The notes under the pieces: generated by a model
Databases searched by the model: none
What the model was told of the DNA's origin: nothing
The model's input: the letters and a program-made list of their open reading frames with translations, nothing else
In this document: piece after piece, positions 44,089-55,538 of the stretch
How the letters are laid out: every line of letters starts with the position of its first letter
Position numbering within the stretch: position 1 is the stretch's first letter
Source of the DNA: Candidatus Geohabitans tengchongensis
Lineage (GTDB): Bacteria > Sysuimicrobiota > Sysuimicrobiia > Sysuimicrobiales > Humicultoraceae
Reading direction: 5' to 3'
Length of the DNA: 64,000 nt
NCBI GenBank assembly: GCA_031459625.1
Contig: JAVKIH010000005.1
Coordinates: 1-64,000 of the forward strand
Program-made: the position numbers and the translations under genes

Positions 44089-44697
44089 GAGGGGAGTGAA
44101 ATAGAACCTGAAACCGTGTGCCTACAGACAGTCGGAGGGCTATGCCGATCCCTTCAGGGATCGGAATGCCTGACGGCGTGCCTATTGAAGAATGAGCCGG
44201 CGAGTTGCACCGTGTGGCGAGCTTAAGCGAGCGAATCGCGGAGGCGGAGGGAAACCGAGTCTGAACAGGGCGCCGCTCCCGGAGGGGAGGCACGGCTTCG
44301 GCCGTGCAGTCGCACGGTGCAGACCCGAAACCGGGTGAGCTACCCATGGCCAGGGTGAAGCGCGGTTAGCCCCGCGTGGAGGCCCGAACCCACTGGTGTT
44401 GAAAAACCAGGGGATGAGCTGTGGGTAGGGGTGAAATGCCAATCGAACCCGGAGATAGCTGGTTCTCCCCGAAATGCATTGAGGTGCAGCCCCGGTGCCA
44501 AGCCTCCGGGTGGTAGAGCACTGGATGGGCTAGGGCGGGAGGACCCGTACCGAACCCAACCAAACTCCGAATGCCCGGACGGCGTTCGTCGGGAGTGAGA
44601 CGGTGGGGGATAAGCTCCATCGTCGAGAGGGGAACAACCCAGACCGCCAGCTAAGGTCCCCAAATCGTGGCTAAGTGGGAAAGGAAGTGGCCTCGCT

Positions 44698-44765
<68 letters not shown>

Positions 44766-45498
44766 CGATGCTGCGCCGAAGATTCAACGGGGCTCAAGCC
44801 ACGTACCGAAGCTGCGGGTCTCGCGTCCGCTGGGACGCGGGGCGGTAGGGGAGCGTTCCGGTGTAGGTTGAAGGCGGACCGGGAGGACCGCTGGACGACC
44901 CGGAAGTGCGAATGCCGGCATGAGTAGCGAAAAGGCAGGTGAGAATCCTGCCCGCCGTAAGGCCAAGGGTTCTTACGGAAGGTTCGTCCGCGTAAGGTTA
45001 GGCGGGACCTAAGGCGAGGCCGACAGGCGTAGCCGATGGACAGCCGGTCGACATTCCGGCCCCGCTCGTCAGCCGTCATGAGCCAAGGGGGGACGCAGGA
45101 GGGTAGGCCTACCGGGGGCTGGTCGTCCCGGGCCAAGCGGGTAGGCGGAGGCCCCAGGCAAATCCGGGGCCTCATCCAACGCCGAGACGCGAGCGCGAGC
45201 TGGGTTGCATGCCCGGCGAAGTGGCTCAGCCCACACTGCCAAGAAAAGCCTCGTGGCCAGGCTGGCGGGCGCCCGTACCGCAAACCGACACAGGTGGCCA
45301 GGCACTCAACGTGCCAAGGCGCGCGAGAGAACCCTCGTCAAGGAACTCGGCAAAATGACCCCGTAACTTCGGGACAAGGGGTGCCTCGGTAGGGTGAGGT
45401 GCGTCACGCACCGAGCCCGAGGAGGTCGCAGAGAATAGGCTCAGCCGACTGTTTAACAAAAACACAGGTCTCTGCGAAGCCGTAAGGCGACGTATAGG

Positions 45499-45534
<36 letters not shown>

Positions 45535-45606
45535 CGGGTTAGTCCGGGTTCGCCCGGGCGAAGCCCTGAACCAAAGCCCCGGTGAACGGCGGCGGTAACT
45601 ATAACC

Positions 45607-46350
<744 letters not shown>

Positions 46351-46629
46351 AAGTTCCGACCTGCACGAATGGCGTAACGAGCTGAGCGCTGTCTCGACGA
46401 GGGACTCGGCGAAGTTGTGAAGCCCGTGAAGACACGGGCCACCCGCGGCTGGACGGAAAGACCCCGTGGAGCTTTACTGCAGCTTGTCATTGGATGTGGT
46501 CTTACCGTGTAGAGGATAGGTGGGAGGCGGAGAAGCCGGGGCGCCAGCCTCGGTGGAGCCACCCTTGGAATACCACCCTCGGCAAGGTTACGTCCTAACC
46601 TGGGCCCTCAGCGGGTCTGGGGACAGTGG

Positions 46630-46666
<37 letters not shown>

Positions 46667-46822
46667 CGGTAACGGAGGCGCCCAAAGGTCCCCTCAGCAC
46701 GGTTGGAAACCGTGCGGCGAGTGCAAGGGCATAAGGGGGCTTGACTGCGAGGCCTACAAGCCGAGCAGGGGCGAAAGCCGGGCCTAGTGATCCTACGGCG
46801 GCAAGTGGAAGCGCCGTGGCTT

Positions 46823-46856
<34 letters not shown>

Positions 46857-46931
46857 ATAGGGCCCAAGAGTCCACATCGACGGCCCTGTTTGGCACCTCG
46901 ATGTCGGCTCATCTCATCCTGGGGCTGTAGT

Positions 46932-46965
<34 letters not shown>

Positions 46966-47002
46966 AGGTACGTGAGCTGGGTTCAGAACGTCGTGAGACA
47001 GT

Positions 47003-47744
47003 AACCTGGACCGTTGCTGTCTATAAATCTGGCTATATGCTGGAAAGCCTGGGGGATCCCACGCTACCCATCCTGCAAACCCGTTGAGGATGTGCCGATA
47101 GGTAGGGATGGGTGACAATGCGATGGGTGCAGGTAACCAGCAGGGAAGGCCAGATGAGGGGATCAGCCACTACATCGCAGGTTTTGTCGACGGGGAAGGT
47201 TCGTTCCACGTGGCGGTGCAACGTCATCCCACCACCCGGTGGCGATGGCAGATCGTGCCCGAGTTCCGGGTTTCCCAGAACGACGGTAATCAGCACGTGC
47301 TGGAGTTGATCCAGAGCGTGTTGGGCTGCGGGCACATCAAGCGGAACCACGGGAAGAGCCTGCGAGACAGAACCTGGGTGTTGGTGGTAAGACATCGCTC
47401 CGACCTGATCGGGAAGGTGATCCCGTTCTTCGAGCGGTATCGCCTGCACACGACGAAGCGTCATGATTTCGAGCGGTTCGCGGCTGTCGTCCGGGCTGTG
47501 GCGGTGGGGCAACATCGTCACCCCGCAGGACTCCGCGAGTTGCTGCGCGTGGCCTTCGCGATGAATCAGGGTGGAGCTCGGCGACGGCTGTCGCTGGAGA
47601 CGGTCCTTGCTCATCTGGAACCCTCAGAGACTGTACGCCAGACACCTCGCACGAGGTGAAGATACAGTCCGAGCTTTCAGGCGACTGAAAGAGGCAGGCA
47701 GAAATGACCTGCCCCCTCCCCTTCCAGGAGGAGTAACAACACTG
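47003..47744 (+). mobile_element. Group I intron after 23S U2604 (E. coli numbering), 742 nt
   Basis: Exon GTGAGACAGT|TCGGTCCCTATC restored on removal; P1 GACAGTAAC/GTTGCTGTC with U-G; P4 TGCTGG/CCAGCA; P7 region CAGAGACT / GAAGATACAGTCCG; terminal G. Confidence 0.92.
47108..47659 (+). CDS. Intron-encoded single-motif LAGLIDADG homing endonuclease (intact)
   Basis: [43 protein letters not shown] ends within the ribozyme core (PSETVRQ). Confidence 0.93.
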   Translation: MGDNAMGAGNQQGRPDEGISHYIAGFVDGEGSFHVAVQRHPTTRWRWQIVPEFRVSQNDGNQHVLELIQSVLGCGHIKRNHGKSLRDRTWVLVVRHRSDLIGKVIPFFERYRLHTTKRHDFERFAAVVRAVAVGQHRHPAGLRELLRVAFAMNQGGARRRLSLETVLAHLEPSETVRQTPRTR

Positions 47745-47876
47745 TCGGTCCCTATCCACCGCGGGCGCAGGAGACTTGAGGGGAGCTGCTCCTAGTACGA
47801 GAGGACCGGAGTGGACGGACCTCTGGTGTACCGGTTGTCCTGCCAAGGGCACGCGCCGGGTAGCCATGTCCGGACG

Positions 47877-47909
<33 letters not shown>

Positions 47910-48251
47910 CACCCCAAGACGAGGTCTCCCACCGGGTCAACCGGGTAAGCCCCCTGGGAGATGACCAGGTTGATAGGCCGGGGGTGTAAGCGCTGAGAGG
48001 CGTTGAGCCTACCGGTACTAATCGGGCGAGGGCTTGAGCCCGTCTTAGGGGCGGCTGTACAGAGCCTGCCAGGTGCTGTCCCGGGATCGCCGGGGCTGTG
48101 ATCGGAACGCCGAGTGCGTGAGTCCGCCCCGCGATCTTGGGTAGGTGTGTCCCGTCGTTGGGTGTCGCGTGCGCCTAAGCCCCCGCCGGACCTGCCGCGA
48201 CACCCGACGCGGGGCCGCTTCCCTATGCCGATGTCAGGGACACCGGTCGCA

Positions 48252-48371
48252 TTCCCGGTGGCGATGCCGGAGGGGCCACACCCGTTCCCATTCCGAACAC
48301 GGTCGTTAAGCCCTCCAGGGCCGATGGTACTGCGGTGGCAACGCCGTGGGAGAGTAGGTCGCTGCCGGGAG
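48252..48371 (+). rRNA. rrf: 5S rRNA
   Basis: CCCGTTCCCATTCCGAACAC, GATGGTACT, GGGAGAGTAGGTCG; terminal stem. Confidence 0.97.
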
Positions 48372-48375
48372 TCAC

Positions 48376-48411
48376 CGTCGCGGGAGGCTTGGGCCTCCCG
48401 CGACGTGTTTT
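48376..48411 (+). terminator. Terminator after 5S
   Basis: CGTCGCGGGAGGC/GCCTCCCGCGACG stem followed by TGTTTT. Confidence 0.8.
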
Positions 48412-48510
48412 CCGCCCGACGGGCCAGCAAGGGTGGCCGACGGCCGGCCGGACGTGACGGGAGCTGGCCCCCCTCAGCCATCTCCGTGGCTCACTCCGGC
48501 GCCGGAGCCC

Positions 48511-48705
48511 TCAGCGGGTCTCGTAGCCCACCGCCACCCGCACCTGGAACTCCCCGACCTCCCCATCCGTCACCACGCCCCGGATCTCGCGCACCTCGAA
48601 CCACTTGGCCGTCCGCGCCCCCGCGGCCCGCACGGCCACGCGGACCGCCTCCTGAATGCTCTGCGACGAGGATCCCACCACCTCCACCATCTGCCACGGC
48701 GCCAT
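48511..48705 (-). CDS. Dodecin family flavin-binding protein
   Basis: VEVVGSS..SIQEAV, WFEVREIRG, FQV...VGY; GGAGG RBS. Confidence 0.85.
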   Translation of the reverse strand: MAPWQMVEVVGSSSQSIQEAVRVAVRAAGARTAKWFEVREIRGVVTDGEVGEFQVRVAVGYETR

Positions 48706-48816
48706 CGCCCACCTCCCTCCGGGCGCCCTCCGCCCGCAACGAGCTTTCCCTTAGAATGACATCGACACGGCCGGGGTGGTACGGAGAGCCCGGTCACGGG
48801 ACGGAGGGGACGGACG

Positions 48817-49995
48817 GTGCCGGCACGGGTGGTCGTCATCGGCGGAGGCTTCGGGGGCCTGAGCGTCGCCTACGCCCTGCGCGAAACCGCGGGCGATGCG
48901 GCCGAGCTGCTCGTGGTGGATGCCTCGCGGACCTTCCTCATGGGCCTGCGCAAGCTGTGGCTGGTGGACGGGCGCAGCACCCGCGGGGCGGGAGAGCGCG
49001 ACCGGACGCGCCTGGCGGCCAGGGGCGTGCCGTTCCGGCAGGGGCGGGTGGAGGGGATCGATCCGGACGCGCGTCGGGTGCGCGTCGACGGGGAGGACCT
49101 GCGCTACGACTTCCTCGTCCTGGCCTCCGGCGCCCAGCCGCGTCCCGACCTCGTGCCCGGGATGGCGGCGGGTCGGCCGGACCTCTTCAACCTGTACGAC
49201 GCCGCCGACGCGGAACGGCTGGGCGCGCGGCTGCGTGATCTCGGCGAGGGCCGGGTCGTCGTGGCCATCGCCGGCCTCCCCTACAAGTGCCCGCCCGCCC
49301 CCTACGAAGCGGCCTTTCTCATCGACGACCTGCTGCGCCGCACCGGCCGGCGCCAGCGGGTGGAGCTGGAGGTCCTCTCGCCGCAGCCCTCCTCGCTGCC
49401 CTCCGCCGGGCCGCAGGCGTGCGAGGCGGTGGAGGGGGAACTGGTGGCCCGCGGGATCCGCTTTCGCCCCCGTACGGTGGTCGAGGCGGTGGAGGACGGG
49501 CGGCTGGTGCTGAGCGGCGGTGAGCGCGTGGCCGCCGACGTCGTGGCGGTGGTGCCGCCCCACCGGCCGGCGCCGACGGTAGCCGCCAGCGGTCTCGCCG
49601 GCGAGGGCGGCTGGGTGCACGTCGACCCGGCCACCCTGGCGACGACGGACGAGCGGGTCTTCGCGGTGGGCGACGTGGTGGCGCTGCAGACGGGCGCGGG
49701 GCTGCCCTTCCCCAAGGCGGGCATCTTCGCGGAGCGTCAGGGGGCCGTCGTGGGACGGAACCTCGCCGCTCTGCTGGCCGGCCGGTCCCCGTCGGAGACC
49801 TTCGACGGGTACGGCTACTGCTTCATCGAGGTGGGGGGAGGGCTGGCCACGCGGGTCGAGGGGAACTTCTTCACCGCGCCACCCCAGGTGCGCGTGGGGG
49901 AACCCCGCCCGGAGCACCTCCAGGAGAAGGTCGCCTTCGAGCGCGAGCGCCTGGCGCGGTGGTTCCCGGACGCCGCAGGGGCGCCGGGGGCCTGA
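48817..49995 (+). CDS. FAD-dependent oxidoreductase, sulfide:quinone oxidoreductase-like
   Basis: GGGFGG, YDFLVLASG, YKCPPAPYE, VFAVGD, PKAG, GYCFIE. Confidence 0.8.
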   Translation: MPARVVVIGGGFGGLSVAYALRETAGDAAELLVVDASRTFLMGLRKLWLVDGRSTRGAGERDRTRLAARGVPFRQGRVEGIDPDARRVRVDGEDLRYDFLVLASGAQPRPDLVPGMAAGRPDLFNLYDAADAERLGARLRDLGEGRVVVAIAGLPYKCPPAPYEAAFLIDDLLRRTGRRQRVELEVLSPQPSSLPSAGPQACEAVEGELVARGIRFRPRTVVEAVEDGRLVLSGGERVAADVVAVVPPHRPAPTVAASGLAGEGGWVHVDPATLATTDERVFAVGDVVALQTGAGLPFPKAGIFAERQGAVVGRNLAALLAGRSPSETFDGYGYCFIEVGGGLATRVEGNFFTAPPQVRVGEPRPEHLQEKVAFERERLARWFPDAAGAPGA

Positions 49996-50104
49996 GCGCG
50001 GCCGCTACGGCCGTAGACCGGACCGACGAAGACCCCCAGGTCGGCCGCCGCGAGACCCCCAGGGCTGCCCTGGCCGCACCCGCGTGCAGGTGGCGGGCAT
50101 GCGC

Positions 50105-51001
50105 CTACCCGCGCCCGGTGCGCAGCCGGGGGTCCAGGACGTCGCGGATCCCGTCCCCCAGCAGGTTGAAGCCCAGCACGACCAGCGAGATGGCCAGGCC
50201 CGGGAAGGTGGCCAGCCACCACTGTCCGGGGACGTAGTTGCGCCCCTCCGAGATCATCAAGCCCCACTCGGGGGTGGGCGGCTGGGCGCCGAAGCCGATG
50301 AAGCCCAGCCCGGCGGCGGTGAGGATGATCCCGCCCATGTCCAGGCTCACCTGGATGATCACCGGGCTGACCACGCCGGGCAGCACGTGGCGGGTGAGGA
50401 TGCGCCAGGCGCTGGCGCCCAGCGCGCGCGCCGCCTCGATGTAGACCTCCTCGCGGATGGCCAGGGCCATGGAGCGGGCCAGGCGGGCGTAGATGGGCCA
50501 CCCGGCCAGCGAGATGGCGAGGATGACGTTCTCCAGCGAGGGGCGCAGCGCGGCGGCGATGGCCATGGCCAGGATGAGCCGGGGGAACGCCATGAACATG
50601 TCGGTGAGTCGCATCAGCAGGTCGTCGGTGCGTCCGCGGAAGTAGCCGGAGAGCACGCCCACGGGCAGCCCGATGGCGGTGGCCACCACCGCGGTGAGGA
50701 TGGCGATGCGCAGCGTGATCCGCGCGCCGTGGAGGACGCGGCTGAGGACGTCGCGGCCGAGCTGGTCGGTGCCGAAGGGGTGGGCGCGGCTCGGGGGCTG
50801 TAGGCGCGCGGTCATCTCGGTGCGCAGCGGGTCGGAGGGGGCGAGCACGGGGGCCAGGAGCGCGGTGAGGACGAGGGCGGCGATGAGCCCGAGCCCCGCC
50901 AGGGAGAGCGGATTGCGCAGCGTGCGCCAGGCCAGCCGCCAGGTGCGCGAGGTGCTCATCGCCGCGGCCGCCCGCGCGACGGCCGCCCCGGCCTCACTCA
51001 T
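50105..51001 (-). CDS. Peptide ABC transporter permease (DppC/OppC)
   Basis: HPFGTDQLGRD, YIEAARALGAS, PPTPEWG, LGDGIRDVLDP. Confidence 0.93.
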   Translation of the reverse strand: MSEAGAAVARAAAAMSTSRTWRLAWRTLRNPLSLAGLGLIAALVLTALLAPVLAPSDPLRTEMTARLQPPSRAHPFGTDQLGRDVLSRVLHGARITLRIAILTAVVATAIGLPVGVLSGYFRGRTDDLLMRLTDMFMAFPRLILAMAIAAALRPSLENVILAISLAGWPIYARLARSMALAIREEVYIEAARALGASAWRILTRHVLPGVVSPVIIQVSLDMGGIILTAAGLGFIGFGAQPPTPEWGLMISEGRNYVPGQWWLATFPGLAISLVVLGFNLLGDGIRDVLDPRLRTGRG

Positions 51002-52001
51002 AGCGGATCCGTGGGTTGAGCAGCGCGTAGGTCAGGTCGACGACCAGGTTCGCCAGGGAGAAGACGAGCGCAATGAGGATGGTGAAGCCCATGATGGCGG
51101 CGAAGTCCTGGGAGAGGATGGCGCTGGTGGCGTAGCGGCCCAGCCCCGGCCAGGCGAAGACGGTCTCGGTGAGGACCGCCCCCTCCAGGAGGCTGCCGTA
51201 GTAGACGCCGATCACGGTGACGATGGGCAGCAGGGCGTTGCGCAGGGCGTGGCGCACGATCACGGTGCGGCGGGCCAGCCCCTTGGCGTGGGCCGTCTTG
51301 ATGTACTCCTGCCCGAGCACCTCGAGCATGCTCGCCCGGGTGATGCGGGCGATCCCGACCAGGGCGTGGGAGCCCAGCACCAGCGCGGGCAGGACGAGGT
51401 GGCCCATGGCGTTGCGGAAGGTGGCCAGGTCGCCGGCCAGCAGGGCGTCCACCGTGACCAGCCCGGTGACCCGCGGCGGCCGCGCCAGGTAGACGTCGAG
51501 CTGGCCGGGCCCGGGCAGCCACCCCAGCGCGTAGTAGAAGAGCAGCAGGGCGATGATGCCGAGCCAGAAGACCGGCATGGAGAGCCCGACCAGCGAGGCC
51601 ACGCGCACCGCATGGTCGAGCCAGCTCCCCCGGGTGACCGCGGAGAGGATGCCGACGGCGAGCCCGGCTGTGGTGCCCACCAGGATGGCCGCCGTGGCCA
51701 GCTCGATGGTGGCCGGGAAGAACTCCCGCAGGTCCACCAGCACGGGGCGGTGGGTGGCCAGCGACTCCCCCAGGTCGCCGCGGACCAGGCGCCCCACGTA
51801 GCGCACGAACTGCTCGTGCAGGGGGCGGTCGAAGCCCCAGCGGTGGCGGAGCGCCTCGATCACGTCGTCGGGCGCCTGCGGCCCCAGGATGGCGGCCACG
51901 GGGTCGCCGGGGATGACGTGGGAGAGGACGAAGGTGATGACGAGGACGCCGGCGATGGCCACGGTGGCCAGCGCCAGGCGGCGGGCCAGGTAGGCGGTCA
52001 C
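50994..52001 (-). CDS. Peptide ABC transporter permease (DppB/OppB)
   Basis: YLARRL, PGDP, GDLGES, EYIKTAHAKGL, ETVFAWPGLG, LNPRIRY. Confidence 0.93.
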   Translation of the reverse strand: MTAYLARRLALATVAIAGVLVITFVLSHVIPGDPVAAILGPQAPDDVIEALRHRWGFDRPLHEQFVRYVGRLVRGDLGESLATHRPVLVDLREFFPATIELATAAILVGTTAGLAVGILSAVTRGSWLDHAVRVASLVGLSMPVFWLGIIALLLFYYALGWLPGPGQLDVYLARPPRVTGLVTVDALLAGDLATFRNAMGHLVLPALVLGSHALVGIARITRASMLEVLGQEYIKTAHAKGLARRTVIVRHALRNALLPIVTVIGVYYGSLLEGAVLTETVFAWPGLGRYATSAILSQDFAAIMGFTILIALVFSLANLVVDLTYALLNPRIRYE

Positions 52002-52084
52002 GGGTCGCGGCGCTCCGGTCGACGCACAGACCCGAGGAGGTGGAGGGCGGGCGGCCGCGGCGGGGTCGGCCGCCCGCGGGCCGC

Positions 52085-53656
52085 CTACTCCTTGTAGGCG
52101 TCGAAGAGCTCGGTCATGGCGAAGAGCGGCGACGGCTCGAAGTTCTTCACGTTGCTGCGCAGGGCCATCTGGTTGAGCGGGTAGCCCAGGATCACGTAGG
52201 GGCCCTCCTCCAGGACCACCTTCTGGATCTGTTCGTAGAGCGCCTTGCGCTTGGCGGGGTCGAGCTCGGCCACGGCCTGCTGCACCAGCCGCTTCACCGG
52301 GTGGTCCCAGCGGTTGCGCCAGGCCAGGACGCGGGCGTCGAAGTCGGCGAAGGCCTTGGCCAGGTTGTCCGGGTCGGGGTAGTCGGCGCCCCAACGGGCG
52401 ATGACCATCTGGTGGCGCTGGCCGCGGTAGATCCCCAGGAGGTCGGCGCTGCGCAGCACCCGCACCTCCGCCTGGACGTTCACGGCGGCCAGGTCCTCCT
52501 TGATCTTCGCGGCGACGTCCGGCAGCGGCGGATCCGTCCCCACCAGCAGCTCCGTGCGGAACCCGCCCTCCAGGCCGGCCTCGCGCAGCAGCGCCCGGGC
52601 GCGGGCGGGGTCGCGCCGGTAGGGGCGGTCGGCCAGGTGGCCGAACATGCGCGTGGGCACGATGGTCTGCCCCATGTCGGTGGCGCCCTCGAAGATGCCG
52701 CGGATGGCGTCGTAGTCGATGGCCCACTTCAGGGCGGTGCGCACCGGCACGCGGGTGAAGGGCTCGGTCTGGGCGTTCATGGCCAGGTAGCGCACCTGGA
52801 AGGCCGGCGTGCTGCGCACGACGATGCCCCGGGCGCGCTCCAGCTCGCGGAACTGCCGCGGCAGCAGGTCGGTGGCGACGTCGATGTCGCCGCGCTGGAG
52901 CGCCAACAGCTGGGCGGTGGGCTCGGGCATCCCCAGGTAGATGAAGCGCCGCAGCCGCGGCGTCCCCCGCCAGTGCCCTGAGACCGCCTCCAGCTCGATC
53001 CGCACGTTGCGGCGCCAGGAGTGCAGCCGGTAGGGGCCGGAGCCGGCGGAGTTCTCCGTGAGCCACTTGTTGGCCATCGGGTCGTCGGCGGTGGCGTTGC
53101 GCTGCACCAGCGCCGGGTCGACCACCCCCGTGACCGGGTTGCTCAGCACCGAGGCCATGAGGACGTCCGGCATCGTCTGGTTGAAGGTCACCCGCACGGT
53201 GTCGGGGCTCACCGCCACGACGTCCTCGGGGCGGGCGATGAAGTCGGTGATGATGAAGGAGGGCGCCATCTTCAGTCGGTGGGCCCGCCGGATGGAGAAC
53301 TCCACGGCCCGCGCGTCCACGGGGGCGCCGCTGTGGAAGCGGACGCCCGGCCGCAGGCGGAAGGTGTAGGTCTTGCCGCCGTCGCTGACCGTCCAGGAGC
53401 GGGCCAGGCTGGGCACGGCCCGGGTGAGGTCGCGGTTGAAGTCCACCAGCGTGTCGTAGATCTGGTCCACGACCCACACCGACGTGAACTCGAAGGCCTG
53501 GGCGGGATCCAGGCTCACGGCGTCGTCGATGTTGGCGCCGACGACCAGCACGGTGTTGGGGATCTGGCCGCGGCCGGGCACCGGCGTGCCCAGCATCAGG
53601 CTCCCCGCGACCAGGAGGGCCAGGAGGAGACTTCCCACCAGGTTCCGACGGAGCAT
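52085..53656 (-). CDS. Peptide ABC transporter substrate-binding protein (family 5)
   Basis: Signal peptide, SLDPA, LARSW.VS.GG.TYTF.LR.GV.FH, GSGPY. Confidence 0.92.
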   Translation of the reverse strand: MLRRNLVGSLLLALLVAGSLMLGTPVPGRGQIPNTVLVVGANIDDAVSLDPAQAFEFTSVWVVDQIYDTLVDFNRDLTRAVPSLARSWTVSDGGKTYTFRLRPGVRFHSGAPVDARAVEFSIRRAHRLKMAPSFIITDFIARPEDVVAVSPDTVRVTFNQTMPDVLMASVLSNPVTGVVDPALVQRNATADDPMANKWLTENSAGSGPYRLHSWRRNVRIELEAVSGHWRGTPRLRRFIYLGMPEPTAQLLALQRGDIDVATDLLPRQFRELERARGIVVRSTPAFQVRYLAMNAQTEPFTRVPVRTALKWAIDYDAIRGIFEGATDMGQTIVPTRMFGHLADRPYRRDPARARALLREAGLEGGFRTELLVGTDPPLPDVAAKIKEDLAAVNVQAEVRVLRSADLLGIYRGQRHQMVIARWGADYPDPDNLAKAFADFDARVLAWRNRWDHPVKRLVQQAVAELDPAKRKALYEQIQKVVLEEGPYVILGYPLNQMALRSNVKNFEPSPLFAMTELFDAYKE

Positions 53657-53894
53657 GAGCGTCCACCTCACCGTGGAGGAGATGGGTGCGATACTCCCCC
53701 GTTTCGCCCGGCAATCCGCGCGCACCTGCCGCGCGGCACCCGCCCCGACCGGTCTAGCGCGCCGCCGGGGTGGGCATAGAGACGGTGAACCGGCACGGCA
53801 AGGCCAGAGGCTGCATGCGCTTCCCCCCCGGCGCCTCTGGCCTTTTTCATGGGAGGGCCCTTCAGCGGCCGGACGTCATTCCGTGGGAGGATCC

Positions 53895-54971
53895 ATGGAC
53901 ATCCACACCCTGCTGCGGCTGGTCATCGAGCGCCAGGCCTCGGACCTGCACCTCAAGGTGAAGACCCGACCCATGCTGCGCATCAACGGCGCACTGGTCC
54001 CGGCGGAGGAGTACCCGCCCTTCGAGGTGGGGGAGCTCCAGGCGCTCATCGAGAGCATGCTCACCCCCGAGCAGCGGGACGCCTTCCGTGAGGAGCGGGA
54101 GCTGGACTTCGCCTACAGCGTGCCCGGGCTCTCCCGCTTCCGGGTGAACATCTTCATCCAGCGCGGCGCGCCCGGCGCGGCCATCCGGGTCATCCCCATG
54201 AAGGTGCCCACCCTGGAGGAACTGGGGCTGCCCGAGGTACTGCGCCGCTTCGCCGAGCTGCCCCGCGGGCTGGTGCTGGTCACCGGGCCGACGGGGAGCG
54301 GCAAGTCCACTACGCTGGCGGCGCTGATCAACCACATCAACCACACCCGCACGGCCCACATCGTCACCATCGAGGACCCCATCGAGTACCTCCACCACGA
54401 CGTGAAGAGCGTGATCAACCAGCGGGAGGTGGGCTCCGACACCCACTCCTTCGGCCACGCCCTGCGCCGGGTGCTGCGCCAGGACCCCGACGTCATCCTC
54501 ATCGGCGAGATGCGCGACCTGGAGACCATCGCCACCGCCATCACCGCCGCCGAGACGGGGCACCTGGTCTTCGCCACCCTGCACACCCAGAGCGCCAGCC
54601 AGGCGGTGGAGCGCATCGTGGACGTCTTCCCGCCCCACCAGCAGACCCAGGTGCGCATGCAGCTCTCCCTCTCGCTGGAGGGGGTGGTCTCCCAGACGCT
54701 CCTGCCGCGGCTGGACGGCCGGGGGCGGGTGGCCGCCTGCGAGGTGCTCGTCATGACCCCGGCGGTCCGCAACCTGATCCGGGAGGGGAAGACCTTCCAG
54801 CTGCCGTCCGCCATCCAGTCGGGGGCGCGGGAGGGGATGCAGAGCCTCAACCAGGCGCTGCGGCAGCTGGTCGAGCGCCGCCTGGTCTCCCTGGAGGAGG
54901 CCCGGGCGCGGGCCAGCAACCTGCAGGAGTTCGACCAGCTGATGGGCCGCCGCTCCGTCGGGGTGGCCTGA
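53895..54971 (+). CDS. pilT: Type IV pilus retraction ATPase PilT
   Basis: ASDLHL, GPTGSGKSTT, TIEDPIE, LRQDPDVILIGEMRD, AVRNLIRE, GMQ. Confidence 0.92.
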   Translation: MDIHTLLRLVIERQASDLHLKVKTRPMLRINGALVPAEEYPPFEVGELQALIESMLTPEQRDAFREERELDFAYSVPGLSRFRVNIFIQRGAPGAAIRVIPMKVPTLEELGLPEVLRRFAELPRGLVLVTGPTGSGKSTTLAALINHINHTRTAHIVTIEDPIEYLHHDVKSVINQREVGSDTHSFGHALRRVLRQDPDVILIGEMRDLETIATAITAAETGHLVFATLHTQSASQAVERIVDVFPPHQQTQVRMQLSLSLEGVVSQTLLPRLDGRGRVAACEVLVMTPAVRNLIREGKTFQLPSAIQSGAREGMQSLNQALRQLVERRLVSLEEARARASNLQEFDQLMGRRSVGVA

Positions 54972-54985
54972 GCCGCGCCGGGGCG

Positions 54986-55014
54986 TTGACAGGGGCATGA
55001 CCCCCTGCTATAAA
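54986..55014 (+). promoter_or_regulatory. rpoZ promoter
   Basis: TTGACA-N17-TATAAA with TGn extension. Confidence 0.75.
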
Positions 55015-55074
55015 CACCGGGCCGGACACGGCAGCCGTCCGGACGTCCCCCAGTGCGCTTGAGGTGTCCAGGTC

Positions 55075-55281
55075 GTGATCAAGCCGCCGCTCGAGGCTCT
55101 GCTCGATCGCGTCGAGAACAAGTACGCGCTGGTCATCGTGGCCGCCAAGCGCGCCCGCCAGCTGAAGGAGGGCGCGCTGCCCCTCGTCGACGTGGACAGC
55201 AGCAACCCGGTGACGGTGGCGCTGGAGGAGATCGCCGCCGGGAAGATCCGCTACGAGGCCCCCCGCGCCGGCATCAAGTAG
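55075..55281 (+). CDS. rpoZ: RNA polymerase omega subunit
   Basis: NKYALVIVAAKRARQL, PVTVALEEI. Confidence 0.95.
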   Translation: MIKPPLEALLDRVENKYALVIVAAKRARQLKEGALPLVDVDSSNPVTVALEEIAAGKIRYEAPRAGIK

Positions 55282-55538
55282 GCGCGCCGGTCTCACGCAG
55301 GGTCGTCGCGCCGCCTGCAGGCCCCCTGGGCCCACCGGTGGGCTCCCGCTGGGGCTCCACCTGCAGGGCCCGCGCTGGGGCTCCACCCGCTGGGCCCACC
55401 CGCCGGGCCCAGGCGCTCGGGAGCGGGAGTGAGGGAACCGCCCGCCGGCGGGGCCCGTAGACCGTGGGGGAGGGCCCTCCACGGCGCCTGGAGGCGCCCG
55501 CCCCGGTGCGGCCCGACCGCCGCGCCCGGAGGTGTGCT

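Noticed and set aside
55317..55412. Short GC repeats (CGCTGGGGCTCCACC x2, CTGGGCCCACC x2) after rpoZ as a CRISPR or REP array
   Set aside because: Irregular spacing, no unique spacers and no cas genes; probably low-complexity hairpin sequence.
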